The notes under the pieces: generated by a model | What the model was told of the DNA's origin: nothing | Seen by the model: only the letters and a program-made list of their open reading frames with translations | The model's database searches: none | DNA from: Candidatus Aenigmatarchaeota archaeon | Lineage (GTDB): Archaea > Aenigmatarchaeota > Aenigmatarchaeia > QMZP01 > QMZT01 | Length of the DNA: 64,000 nucleotides | Reading direction: 5' to 3' | NCBI GenBank assembly: GCA_963726265.1 | Contig: CAVSBQ010000002.1 | Coordinates: forward strand, 6,486 to 70,485 | Position numbers and translations under genes: made by a program | Shown here: positions 9,035-20,491 of the stretch, one piece after another | Layout: every line of letters starts with the position of its first letter | Numbering within the stretch: the first letter of the stretch is position 1

Positions 9035-10050
9035 ATGAAAAAACCAACCATCTGCTATTCTCTTTCCATTCTTGCCATTTTTGTTTTTTCGTCCATTATC
9101 CTCGCGGCCGGCGCGGGGGCGGCCAAGAGCCAAATGACAACAAACCCCTACAGCATAGGCATAAGTGGAGCGTTATACTGCGATACTGGCTGCGGAGGCA
9201 CATGCTCTTCATATTGCATAAGAACGAACTGTCCTCACGTAGTTGTTACCGGATGTCCTTCCTGCAATGCATATTGCACCAGAACCTGCAACAAGGCCAC
9301 GTGCGGCGCTGAATGTCGATACGATAGCGACTGCACTGCTGATTATTGCGCAGGCACATGCGGAACGGGCACGAACAGCTGCATTTGGAGGGATTATTTC
9401 TGCGACACCTCAGCATGCACGAAATGCTCGTGCACATATACGGCCTACGACGCGGATGCTTCATCGTCATACTGCACCGGTTGCAAGGGTTCGGGTTACT
9501 GGGCTCTTGGCGGCGAGGGGTCCGGGAACTGCTGCGGTGATGACAGCAACGAATACGTGATTACGGAAAAGAGCAGCGCAGACGCGCCAGCAGGTTATAA
9601 CGATGGCGGAAAAACATGCTGTGATACGAGCAGCTGACTGCGCTTATACAGCATATGGTTATGCTGACATATGCAATGCATATGGAAGCGTGTCCGACCC
9701 CGCTATTCCCAATAAGGCATATTGCGGCTCGGGCAACACATGGTACGGCGGCGATTCCGGCTCAGGCACATGCACAGCAATAGCCGGCGCAGGCAGATGG
9801 AACATCGGCGGTGAAGTTGACTGCCACAACCTGCTGCGGAGACGATAATGGCGAGTACTACAGGTATTGCCAGGCCGCGGCCGGCTTCCCTGACGCTAGA
9901 AGCTGCACCAGCGCGCATAACGCGTGCTGCGACTCGGCGACGGACTGCGTGGCGACGGACGGGACGACGTGCGTGGCCAGCGGCACGTATATGGACGCCG
10001 ACTGGGACGGGGACGACGACTACTGCGACTCAGGAATATGGTATGACTGA
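9035..10050 (+). pseudogene. secreted cysteine-rich protein with repeated CCGDD-x-EY motifs, two +1 frame disruptions
   Basis: It has an N-terminal signal/anchor (LSILAIFVFSSIILAAGAGA). Cys content is very high. NCCGDDSNEYV and TCCGDDNGEYY recur across three successive frames (2 to 0 to 1) near 9600-9640 and 9810-9850. Confidence 0.65.
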
Positions 10051-10116
10051 ATCCTGAGAAAAAAATAAATTATCTGAGCTTCATCATCCTGTTCAGAGCC
10101 TTTCTCGCTTTCTTCG

Positions 10117-10972
10117 CTACGTCGTCGGGGACGTGACCTCGTTAGTCTCGTATTTCAGGCAATCGTAGACCTTTTCCAGCGTGATCATCTTCATGTTCTC
10201 GCACGTGCCGCCGGCGGGGTAGAATTGCTTCCCCGGGACTTCGCGGTCCAGGCGGTGGCACATGCCCTCTTCTGTCGCGACTATGAACTCCTTCGCCTCC
10301 GACGCCTTCGCGTATTTTATCATGCCGCCCGTGCCGCAGACGCAGTCCGCCAGCTTCAGCACTTCCGCAGGGCATTCCGGGTGGGCGAGGACCTTCGCGC
10401 CCGGCCTTTCCATCTTCATGAACTTTACCAGGTCGGAAACTATGAAGTCGTGCACGTAGCAGAAGCCGTGCCACGGGATTATCTTCTTGTCCGTTTTCGT
10501 CTGCGCGTAGGCGGCCAGGTTCTTGTCAGGCACGAAGATTATCTCCTTCTTCTTGATGCTCCTGATGGCCTTCTCGAAATTCGCGGAGGTACAGCATATG
10601 TCGCTTTCCGCCTTCGTCGCGGCGCTGGTGTTGATGTAGGTTACGGCCGCGGCCTTGGGGAATTCCTCCTTCTTGGCCTTCAGCGACGTCGCCGTCAGCC
10701 ATCGCCGCCATGGGGCATTTCGCCTCCATGTCGGGGAGCAGGACCTTCTTCTTCGGGTTCAGTATCTTCGCCGACTCGGCCATGAAGTCCACGCCGCAGA
10801 ACACGATTATTTTCGCCCTCGTCTCCTTCGCGCGGAGGGCGAGTTCGAACGAGTCGCCTATGTAATCCGCCACGTCGTAAATCTCAGGCCTCTGGTAGTT
10901 GTGGCATAGGATAACCGCCTTCTTCTCCTTCTTCAGCGCGATAATCTCGCGGACCAGCTCCTTTTTGTCCAT
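10117..10972 (-). pseudogene. nadA: quinolinate synthase (NadA), one frame disruption near 10699
   Basis: Recognisable segments are [23 protein letters not shown], ...CPMAAM, then a shift to [40 protein letters not shown] ... AHPECP ... ATEEGM. The ATG is at 10972. The longer upstream in-frame extension looks spurious. Confidence 0.88.
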
Positions 10973-11023
10973 AAACAACTTTATTGGCGGACTGCTTAAA
11001 AATAAATCTTTAACCGTCATAGA

Positions 11024-11512
11024 ATGCGCATGGAAAGGCAAAACAGAAGGTTTGAGATGGAAAGGGACGGCAACGTCTTCATATCGAGCAGCGGCCATGT
11101 CCCGTTCGATATCCAGCTTGACAAACTTTCCCCCATACCGTGTTACAGGGGCGGGAGAAACTACTACGACATCACAATACGCGATCATGGCGCCATTTAC
11201 ATGGCCTATTTTCATGTCGATATACCCTCGAAATTTTGCAGCAAATCTTACCACGCTTACCTTTCATTGCTTGGCCAGGAAAAGCATGGCACCAAAGCTT
11301 ATTTCGAATATCTCAAATGGATTTTGAAGTTCCAAGAAGAAAACGAGCCATGGGACCTCGTGCCAGAAACGGAAGAGAATGTCTTCACAAAAATCACTAA
11401 ATTTTACAATGAGCTCTTTACTGCTTCCGCACTCCGGCCTGTCCAGCTTTCAGCGTCCCCGACACGCGCACTGTATGGAAAATCACCCTGGCGTCTCCAA
11501 TCTGATGAATGA
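11024..11512 (+). CDS. hypothetical protein
   Basis: The 162-aa ORF is divergent from nadA. Its 3' end overlaps the convergent Pop5 gene by ~95 nt, so the true stop or extent is uncertain. Confidence 0.45.
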   Translation: MRMERQNRRFEMERDGNVFISSSGHVPFDIQLDKLSPIPCYRGGRNYYDITIRDHGAIYMAYFHVDIPSKFCSKSYHAYLSLLGQEKHGTKAYFEYLKWILKFQEENEPWDLVPETEENVFTKITKFYNELFTASALRPVQLSASPTRALYGKSPWRLQSDE

Positions 11513-11759
11513 GGGCTAGGCCCATTTTCACGTCGTCAACGTACCTGTGCGTGCACTGGATCACGCCTTCATTCGCGTTCCAGAGGTTGCGGATGACCCA
11601 CGGCTTGGCCTTCGCGAAGCCCGAGTTGCCCATCCATGTGAGAAGCGCGTCGTTTATCGCGTTCCTCGCCTCGGAAAAGTCGAGCCTCCTGCTCGACCTC
11701 ACCCTGAAAAAGACGTAGCGCTGCCTTTCCGTCTGGCTGGGCAGGGTTTTAAGCTTCAT
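11418..11759 (-). CDS. rnp2: RNase P protein component 2 (Pop5/Rpp14 family)
   Basis: MKLKTLPSQTERQRYVFFRVRS ... GFAKAKPWVIRN ... GVIQCTHRYVDDV ... VRVSGTLK parallels archaeal Pop5, for example the Pyrococcus pattern KTLPPTLRDKKRYIAF...AKAKPWLI. Confidence 0.8.
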   Translation of the reverse strand: MKLKTLPSQTERQRYVFFRVRSSRRLDFSEARNAINDALLTWMGNSGFAKAKPWVIRNLWNANEGVIQCTHRYVDDVKMGLALIHQIGDARVIFHTVRVSGTLKAGQAGVRKQ

Positions 11760-11930
11760 GCTTGATTATTTCCTCTCGCTTATATTTATATTGAAATTAT
11801 TATATTAGAGCGGAGTTTTTCCTACCGTCAAGTATAAAAAACTTATCTACATATAAAAACTAAGTAATCACTGACAAGGTATTAAAAATAAATAATATCT
11901 TTTTACCCGTTAAGATTTCCGAGGAAAAGC

Positions 11931-12335
11931 ATGTCCGCAGACGAGCCCGTAAATCTGGATTCTATTGAAATCAACCTTACTGCGAGCATGGTCTGCGCGA
12001 ACCTGAACCGCCTCTGCATCCTTTATCTTCTGAGGAAATGCGACAACAATGCGATGCAGGCGGAGAAAATCGCTTCCACGTTAGGCATCTCGCACAGGAC
12101 GGTCCTCTACCACCTCGACATCCTGAAGGACTACGGATTAGTCGAAGTGCGCGAGTTCAGGAAAAAGGGTGCGAAGCTCCTGCGCTCGGTCTGGGGCCTC
12201 AGCGGGGAGAACGACGACGACGTCGAGAAGGTCTTCGGCAGGATCTACAGGAAGTTCGAGACGGACGCGCTGGACAAGATGGTGAGGTTCAGCCAGAACG
12301 GCATGGCCTCGTGCTCGAGGAAGAAGCTGAACTGA
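11931..12335 (+). CDS. ArsR-family winged-helix transcriptional regulator
   Basis: RLCILYLLRK...MQAEKIASTLGISHRTVLYHLDILKDYGLVEV is a typical ArsR/SmtB HTH. Confidence 0.8.
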   Translation: MSADEPVNLDSIEINLTASMVCANLNRLCILYLLRKCDNNAMQAEKIASTLGISHRTVLYHLDILKDYGLVEVREFRKKGAKLLRSVWGLSGENDDDVEKVFGRIYRKFETDALDKMVRFSQNGMASCSRKKLN

Positions 12336-12450
12336 CATAACCATCTTTTTTGAAAACATGAGCAAGGCAAAGCTCCAGAACATCGCTGATTATGGTCAAA
12401 ACCATCCGTTTTTAAGGTTTTTATACCGGGAATTGACATAATTTTATTTA

Positions 12451-12467
12451 TACCGGGATTCCCGGTA
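12451..12467. promoter_or_regulatory. perfect 8-1-8 palindrome TACCGGGA-T-TCCCGGTA upstream of the AbiEi-like gene; candidate operator
   Basis: The palindrome is seen directly. The half-site-containing string TTTATACCGGGA also occurs at 12420-12431. It lies ~80 nt upstream of the 12548 start in an AT-rich promoter-like region. Confidence 0.4.
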
Positions 12468-12547
12468 AAAACGAAGTGTTATATGATAACTTTATATACT
12501 TTATAATTTATATTATAAAATCATAAAAATGTGATTTTGTGATATGT

Positions 12548-13180
12548 ATGAAAAAGGATATCATACTTAAAAAATTGTACCTCGATGGCAAAGATTTCGT
12601 CACTTCAGGCGATATCAAGGAATATTGCGCTTCCCTGGAACTGAAATATGATTCCACGTTCAGATATTTGCTTTCGAGAAAATATCTAATAAGAATTTTC
12701 AAGGGCGTATTCTACCTGAAAACGCTCGACGAGACAAAGTTCGGAAGAAACAAATACAGCCCTCTTGAACTGGTTGCAAAGGGCCTTGAGATGAAAGGCG
12801 TGAAAAAATGGTATTTCGGCCTTTATAGCGCTCTAAAAATGAACAACATGACTCATGAAAATTTCACAGTGGATTACGTAATGAATGACAAGATATTCAG
12901 GGCGAAACCCATGGAAATAGCGGACTCTAAATTCAGATTCCTGAAGATCAGGGACAACCTGCTCGATTTCGGGATTATAGGCGATAAAATAAGGCATTCC
13001 GACCCAGAAAAAACAATTCTCGATTTCATCTACATCTGGCGTTATAACGGAATACCGGAAGATAAAATAATAATGGACATATCGGAATATTCAAAGAACG
13101 CCTCGCGAAAAAAGCTTGCAGATTACGCGAAAAAATACCCCAAATCGGTAAGAATGATTACGGATAAAGTGGTTGGATGA
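12548..13180 (+). CDS. AbiEi-like antitoxin / wHTH regulator (type IV TA family)
   Basis: The region is low in GC. LIRIFKGVFYLKT, WYFGLYSALKMNNMT and HSDPEKTILDFIY match the AbiEi-family pattern. It overlaps the downstream NTase gene by 4 nt. Confidence 0.7.
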   Translation: MKKDIILKKLYLDGKDFVTSGDIKEYCASLELKYDSTFRYLLSRKYLIRIFKGVFYLKTLDETKFGRNKYSPLELVAKGLEMKGVKKWYFGLYSALKMNNMTHENFTVDYVMNDKIFRAKPMEIADSKFRFLKIRDNLLDFGIIGDKIRHSDPEKTILDFIYIWRYNGIPEDKIIMDISEYSKNASRKKLADYAKKYPKSVRMITDKVVG

Positions 13181-14058
13181 GAAAGGATTTCGTGAACGAG
13201 GTCGCAAAAAAACTGAAAATAAAAAGAAAAGACCTCGTGGAGAAGGATTTTATCCTGCACCAGCTTCTTTCGAGCCTTTCAGAGGACAAATTCTTCCGTG
13301 AAAACTTCCTGTTCAAAGGGGGCACGTGCCTTATCAAATGCTATTTGGGATATTTCAGGTTCTCTGAAGACATGGATTTCACCTGGAAAAAACAAGAGGC
13401 GTTTAAGGGGAGGTCACAGAAGGCAATAAGGCGCCACCTCTCGGAAATCATAAACGCCGTGGGAAAATTGCTTGAAAAAGCGGCAAAGGAGAACGGCCTT
13501 GATTTCCGGTGCGACAAGAAAGACAGGCATTACGTTGAGCTTGGCGGAGGAAACAAAATCGTCACCTTCAAGATGTGGTACGCTTCCGGATTCCTGAACC
13601 GCGAATCCTTCGTGAAAATCCAGATAAATTTCCTCGAAAACCTGCATTTCCCAGGCGTTAAAAAACCCGCAAAGAGCTTATTGGAAGCAGGCAAACAAAC
13701 CGATGAAATCCGGTTGCTCTTTCCGGATGAGTTCAAACAATATTCAAAAAGAGTAGCATTCGATATTTACGATATCAGGGAAATACTGTGCGAAAAAATA
13801 AGGGCCATGCTCACCAGAAAAGGAACGAAAGCGAGGGATTTCGTCGACGTATACCTGATTTCCAAAAAATTCGGCATCAGACCAGAAAGCCTCGAAAAGG
13901 TAATCGAGGAAAAGATCACGTTCATGATGAAGCTCTATTCGAAATATAAAAACAACATCAGCGAAAAGAGACGCCTGCTGGAAACACTGCAGGAAACCCG
14001 AACGTTGTCTATGAGACTGATTACGTTGACACCACGAAGCCCCACACGGAGAAGGTAG
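13177..14058 (+). CDS. AbiEii/DUF1814-family nucleotidyltransferase toxin; the 3' end runs into foreign (giant-gene) sequence
   Basis: FLFKGGTCLIKCYLGYFRFSEDMDFTW is the NTase core of AbiEii. After ~aa 270 (about 13,985) both GC content and sequence switch to the giant-protein repeat read out of frame (...TLSMRLITLTPRSPTRRR*). Confidence 0.7.
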   Translation: MRKDFVNEVAKKLKIKRKDLVEKDFILHQLLSSLSEDKFFRENFLFKGGTCLIKCYLGYFRFSEDMDFTWKKQEAFKGRSQKAIRRHLSEIINAVGKLLEKAAKENGLDFRCDKKDRHYVELGGGNKIVTFKMWYASGFLNRESFVKIQINFLENLHFPGVKKPAKSLLEAGKQTDEIRLLFPDEFKQYSKRVAFDIYDIREILCEKIRAMLTRKGTKARDFVDVYLISKKFGIRPESLEKVIEEKITFMMKLYSKYKNNISEKRRLLETLQETRTLSMRLITLTPRSPTRRR

Positions 14059-17000
14059 TCACGGGCCCGCAGGAACCAGGCACTGGCAACATCCACAAAT
14101 ACATAACCAACAACACAGTGATAGAGCTCACGTGCACTGACCAGCAGCCACACCCATCAGACCATGTGACCCTTAACTGGCAACTCTACTGGAGCCAGAG
14201 CTGCGTCGAGCCGAATTGGCAGCCGATAGACAGCGGCAGCGAGACTGACGGCAACGTTCAGTTAACGAACCTTGAAGATTCGTGCCACAAGCTTGTCTAC
14301 TACTGCGCGGACATCCTTGGCAACACGGAAGACACGCAGGTCGAGATAGACGCGGTCGACAACAAATACCCGCTTGTGCACAAGGATGTCGGCCAGTTCA
14401 AGTATCCGTATTCAGGCGCACCTTTCATGTACATAGAAGCCTACGATGTTGAGGACGCACCTGTGTATGTGACGCAGGGGACCCCGATAACACTGACATG
14501 CGAAGACCAGAACCCGCACCCGGTCGACCAGGTCAAGATATACTACAAATATTACGTGGACGGGATAATCAACGATACGCAGGGCGAGGACTGGACCCTT
14601 TACGGCGGCCAGTTCACTTACCCAGAGGACACATACCACGAGCTGTATTATTATTGCATAGACAAGCTCGGCAACAAGGGACCGACGCACGTCGAGATGG
14701 ACATAGTCGACACGCAGAAACCCCAGACTGTGAAGACCATCACTGGTCCGCAGTTCAACGGCCAGGGCAACATACACAAGTACATAACGAAAGATTCGGT
14801 AATTGACCTTACATGCACGGATCCGCAGCCTCATCCGGTAGACCACGTAACCCTTAACTGGAAACTCTACTGGAGCCAGAACTGCGTCGAACCTTTATGG
14901 ACGCAGATAGGCAGCGGCAGCGAGACTGACGGCAACGTTCAGTTAACGAACCTTGAAGATTCGTGCCACAAGCTTGTCTATTACTGCGTCGATGCCCTGA
15001 ACAACATTGAAAGCACTCAGGAAGAAATAGACGCGGTCGACAACCAGGCGCCGAACGGCACCAAGAACGTCGGCAACCCGGCTATACCTTGCATTCAGAT
15101 GCCACCCGTTGACGGACCTGGTTTGACGATGACAGTTGCACCGCAGCCCGACTGCTACTGGGTCCGCGACCACGTCACAAACATAACGCTTGACTGCACT
15201 GACGCACAGCCTCACCCAATCGGCGGAGAGGTAATGTGCTACCAGATAAAGTTCGACGGCGAAACCTCAGACCTTACACAGCAATACTGCACGCAGTTCG
15301 GCGGCAAGATGGAAGACGGATGGTGCTGCGCTGACGTAGCAGGCGAAAAGAGCTACAAATTCGACTTCCAGGAAGATTCCGTTCACACGCTTGAATACTA
15401 CTGCAAGGACGCTTTCAACAACCAGAACCTGAAAGACCTTGAGACGTTCAAGGTCGATTCAGTCCCGCCAACGACGATAAAGACGTACATCAATCCGTTC
15501 TACGTGGACCCGCAGACAGGCTATCATTACATAGACACGGCATCGAGGGTCAATCTCACGGCGACTGACGGCGGAGCCATCTGCCACGTCGAAGGCATGA
15601 CGACATACTACTGGTACACGGTCGTACCTGATAACTATTGCACGGGAGCATGCGCCCCGATGGAGCACAAGGAATGGAGCGTCTACTCCGAGCCCTTCGG
15701 AATCCCGGAGGAATCGTGCCACCTTATAGAGTTCTACAGCGTGGACGCGCTGGGCAACAAGGAGCAGAAGCACTACCAGTGTGTGTTCGTCGACAAGAAG
15801 GCGCCTGTGACGACGAAGAGCTACGGGACCCCGAGATATCCAAACGATGCGTTGCATCCGAAGTGGATAAACTCCAGCACGGACATAACGCTGACGGCCG
15901 TGGACCAGACGCCACATCCGTCCGGAGTCAAGGAATTGAATTACAGGGTAACCCTTGTGGACAAAGACTATTGCGAGAACACTGAGCTTTGCCTGCGCGG
16001 AGTGCCAGGCCTCGACAAAGCGTACGACAAGGCATCGCCATTGCTTTATGGCGTTGATGGCAGCGCGAGCTACACGTTCAGGATACCCGACGACTCGTGC
16101 CACATGATAGAATACTACAGCGTAGACAATGTTGGCAAGACAGAACCGGTCAGAAGACAGTGCGTATACGTGGACAACCTGCCGCCGAATTCGACGAAGA
16201 CTTTCGACGGCTTCAACATGACATGCGACCAGCTGCCCTGCAAGAGCGCGGGCGACTGCAACTACTACATAAACAAGGACACGAAGATAGTCCTGAGCTG
16301 CACAGACCAGAACCCGCACCCGGTCGACCAGGTCAAGATAATGTACAGATACTTCCTGGACGACGTAATCAATGCAACGCAGGGCAAGGACTGGACCTTA
16401 TACGATCCGCAGAATCCGATACAATACAATGAAGATTCAAAGCACACTCTCGAATGGTACTGCGAGGACGCCCTCGGCAACAGGGAAACGACTCACACCC
16501 AGGTAGAGAGAGTAGACACGACCCCGCCGACAACGGTCAAGACGTTCAGCGGCCCGACATACCCGTTAGACGAGGCTAATCCCAACTACTGGGTGACATC
16601 GGACACCGCGATAACGCTGACGACGACTGACGGCGGACCGATATGCGCGGCAGGACCTGCAACACTTTATTATCAGGTGTGGTGGGACTCCAACTGCGAC
16701 GGAACTGTCGACACTAAACAGGTGGACAGCCACGTGCACACGGACGCGAACTGCAACCTCAACAAGACATTATATCTTCAGAAGGAATGCCTTCACGAGA
16801 TAAAGTGGCATGCAGTTGACGCGCTCGGCAACGTCGAGACAGAGCACGTGCAGTTCCACAAAGTCGACAACACTCCTCCGCACGTCCTGATACTGAAGCC
16901 GGTTGACGGCTGGTATTCTGACGGCGAGGACATAGCGATTGTCACTGAAGCCGAAGACCTGAACAACGTGAACAGCTCTTGCGAACAGAGAGGCGGTGTT

Positions 17001-20000
17001 TGCGATGTGATAGGCATCGGCATATCCTGCGGCAATCCGAACGACTGCAACGGCCTTGGTACAAACTGCGCGGTCGGCATAGCCGAGGATGCGCAGTGCT
17101 ACGCGTACCTTGTCGACGTTGAGAGGACGATTGACAACATAAGGGACAAGAAGATACAGCAGATAATGATAGAGAACATGTCGCTTGACACTGACGGCAC
17201 GCTGCTTTACAACAAGGCAACCAAGCAGTGCGAAGGCTACGCCACAATCCCGGCCGAGAGCGGTCTTGAGGATGGCATAAAGATACTTGTCGTCGGAGTC
17301 GCGGACAACCTGCACAACTACGCAGACAGCCTTGACGAGATAGGCAGGGCCATAAACGAGAGATGCGGCTGCGACGTCTTCGACATGTGCGACAGCGAAT
17401 GCGTCAGGGACGCATTGCAGGACATAGTATTAATATGGAACCTGCCGAAGATCGGCATAGACAACCACGCTCCAGTCGTGGAGATAACTGCGCCTTCAGA
17501 GAACTCGCTGTTCGGCGGCGAACAGGTATACGTTAGCGCCGAAGTGAGCGATTCCGAGAGCGGCCAGGTAACCTCGACGATAACGAGCGGCACGCCATGC
17601 TACATAACGCTTGGCGGCGTCTCGATGGGATCTGTCCCGTACCAGAACGACGCGAGAAAATGCGCGGGAACCATAATGATACCCGAGGACAACGACTTCC
17701 CGCAGGGAACGCAGAGCCTCGAGGTTAGTGTAGCCGACAACGCGGGCAACATCGGAAGCGATTCGATAAACGTTAACGTTGACACTACAAAGCCGGAAAT
17801 ATACGTCGACTACCCTGATGAAAACATGTTCGTAAAGGGCACGGTCGGCGTAGAAATTGTGGTCAGAGACTCCAACCTTCCCGGCGAGCCGACATCGTCA
17901 GACCCGAAAGACCTGCACGAATACGTCGAGGTCTCCACGGACAACGGCCAGACATGGGAAGTAACCGAGAACTGCGCCTACTGGGGCGTTGGCCACTACA
18001 AATGCACTTACAGCTGGGACACGACCAGCGAAACTGACGGCATGGCATACGGCATAGTCGCGCAGAATGACCGACCTTGCCGACAACACGCAGATACTCC
18101 GAGGCCGTGCTCGTGATAGTCGACAACGGCGCGCCGGAAGGCGTGTACATGGTCGACCCGGTCAAGGACAAGATAGTGCAGGGCACGATAACGCTTAAAG
18201 CGCTCGCCACGGATTACGTGAGCGGCGTGACAGGCGTCAATATATACGTCAACAGCGTCCCGTCATTCAATTGCGTTGCAACATTAGTTGGCGGGACATG
18301 GCAATGCAGTTTCAACAGCGCGACATTGCCTGACGGACAGCACAGCGCATATGCGGTTGCGACTGACAAGCTTGGTCAGACAACGACATCGGCGAGCGTG
18401 CCGTTCATCATTGACAACAACGCGCCAAGCACCCCCGTGCTTAGCATATACCCGACAACGAATGGCTACGACACCGACGGCGTGGTGACATGGAAATGGA
18501 CTGACGCTACGGATGCCGGTTCAGGCATAGATTATTATGTAATAGAAATAGGCAGCCCCGTCGTGTACCAGAGCAAGGTCTTTGGAACAATATTCACCAT
18601 AAGCGACCTTTCAGAGACGTCTCATTGCGCAAAGGTAAAGGCTGTCGACAAGGCGGGCCATGAAAGCGCATGGTCAAGTACAGCATGCACAATAGTTGAC
18701 AAGACACCGCCGTCACCGGTCAGCATAGGCGTTGACACGGAGACTGTGGACAAATTTGCCGGCGGAGTCTACTACGACAGGGACGGCGAATTCGACGTGA
18801 TCTGGAGCGGTGGCAGCGACGCGAAGTTCGACCACTTCCAGCTTTACGAGAACGGCGCCGGCGAATACCAGGACACGAACTACAGGTCAACTAGATTCAA
18901 GGAAGACGGAACATACAAATATTACGTGACCTCGAACGACCTTGCAGGCTGGACGACCAAATCAGGCGAAGTCACGGTCGTGGTTGACACGCACGCGCCA
19001 GTCGTGGACATAACAAACATGTATCCGGGAATAGGATTCTTCCTGTTCACGTACACGGCCACCGACGCTGACCCGAGCTCTGGCATAGACTCGCTGGTAG
19101 TCAGCGGCATAGAAGGGCCGGCCTACGGCATTTGCTCAGGAACGCTTCCGACTGGCTTCTGCACGGTGTTCATGGGAACAGCGGCGAAGCTGACAGCATG
19201 CGACAAGGCAGGCAACTGCGGCTACGACACGACACTCGGAAACCACGCTGACATAACGCCACCGACAATAATCTACTCTTCACCCAGCGGCGTGATAAAG
19301 TACAACCAGGTCACAATTAACGTAACCACGGACGAGGCTGCAAGCTGCTACTACAGCGATGTCGACGACCTTGAAGGCATGGATGACATGATCAGCAACG
19401 ACATGATACATCACTCGGTCAGCCTAGGCACGCTTGCGGACGGCCTGTACGTCTACCACGTGCAGTGCGAGGACATGTCGGGCAACATGATGGACCACTC
19501 GAAGACGATAGTCTTCTACGTGAACACCGACAGCCAGTATTGCTACAGAACAGAAGAACTTAAGGCGGGATGGAACACGTTCTTCCTGCCGCAGCTTGTC
19601 TTGGACGACATCAACTTCAACTGCGGTAGCAAGCCGTACGCGACTGAAGACGTGCTGAGTTCAATGGAAGGCAAGTATAGCATAATCTGGTACTATGATG
19701 GTCAAAACTGGCTTTCATATGACCCGATGTATCCGGAATACTCGACACTTACGCAGTTCAACGACCAGTTAAGTAATCCATACTACATAAAGCTGACCGA
19801 GCCTGTGAAGCTCGGCTTACAGTGTGACCAGGGATGTCAAAAGGAAGTGACAGGCGGCCAGTGCGTCGAAGGCGAGCAGCCTTCATGGGCGATATACAAG
19901 GACGGTCTTTACTGGGCATGGGCTTCGCCTTGCGACGGCGGATGCAGCCAGGCATATCCGAACAACGTTCCGGGATGGAGATACGCTACTGTAGAAGAAT

Positions 20001-20401
20001 GGGCCAACAGGCCTCTCAAGAGCGACTTCCTGGTGAATGACATCCTGATATGTGGGTCACAGTATTTCGACAACTATCACACTCATTGCGACTATGAAAA
20101 CCCTGAGGTCAGAGTTCCTTACGGCGGCTATTACGAGCTGTGGTTCGTGACAGACTGCACGAACACCCCGGTATGCGGCAACGACGTGACTGAGATAGGG
20201 GAGGAGTGCGACGATGCCAACACAGTCAATGGTGATGGCTGCTCGGACACGTGCCTGATTGAAAGCGCCGAAAGAAGCATGTCCCCTGAGATAAACACCT
20301 ATGTATGTGATGACGGAATAGACAACGACGGCAATGGCCTTATAGACTGCGCTGACCCGGGTTGCACTTACAATACCTATTGCTACGGGGGAGATGTCTA
20401 A
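13995..20401 (+). CDS. giant extracellular protein (~2,100 aa) of tandem Ig-like modules with Cys-rich C-terminal repeats; 5'-truncated, two adjacent frame disruptions at ~18,060-18,100
   Basis: At least 12 modules of ~105 aa follow the pattern VDxxxPxT...LTCTDxxPHPVDxV...EDSxHxLxYYCxDxLGNxE. The reading frame is open from 13,950, with no start codon or signal peptide. ORFs 14118-18116 and 18077-20401 join through a short third-frame segment (RMTDLADNTQ). The C-terminus carries CGNDVTEIGEECDDANTVNGDGCSDTC (a DUF4215-type Cys repeat) and DDGIDNDGNGLIDCADPGC. Confidence 0.8.
14231..14299 (+). repeat. 69-nt exact intragenic repeat (second copy at 14912-14980) within ~230-nt near-identical module cores
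   Basis: The string cagcggcagcgagactgacggcaacgttcagttaacgaaccttgaagattcgtgccacaagcttgtcta is identical at both positions. A second 37-nt exact pair lies at 14504-14540 and 16304-16340. Confidence 0.9.
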
Positions 20402-20491
20402 ATCCCCATTCCTCTTTTATTCACTGTTCAGGAGGAAAAATAATCCGAAAGGTATATAAAGATAGATTACATATAAAAAGTAAGGTAAAAT

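Noticed and set aside
10973-11254. A 94-codon N-terminal extension of the nadA ORF as listed in the ORF track.
   Set aside because: The NadA homology starts at [27 protein letters not shown] (ATG at 10972). The extension has no NadA-like sequence and overlaps the divergent ORF at 11024.
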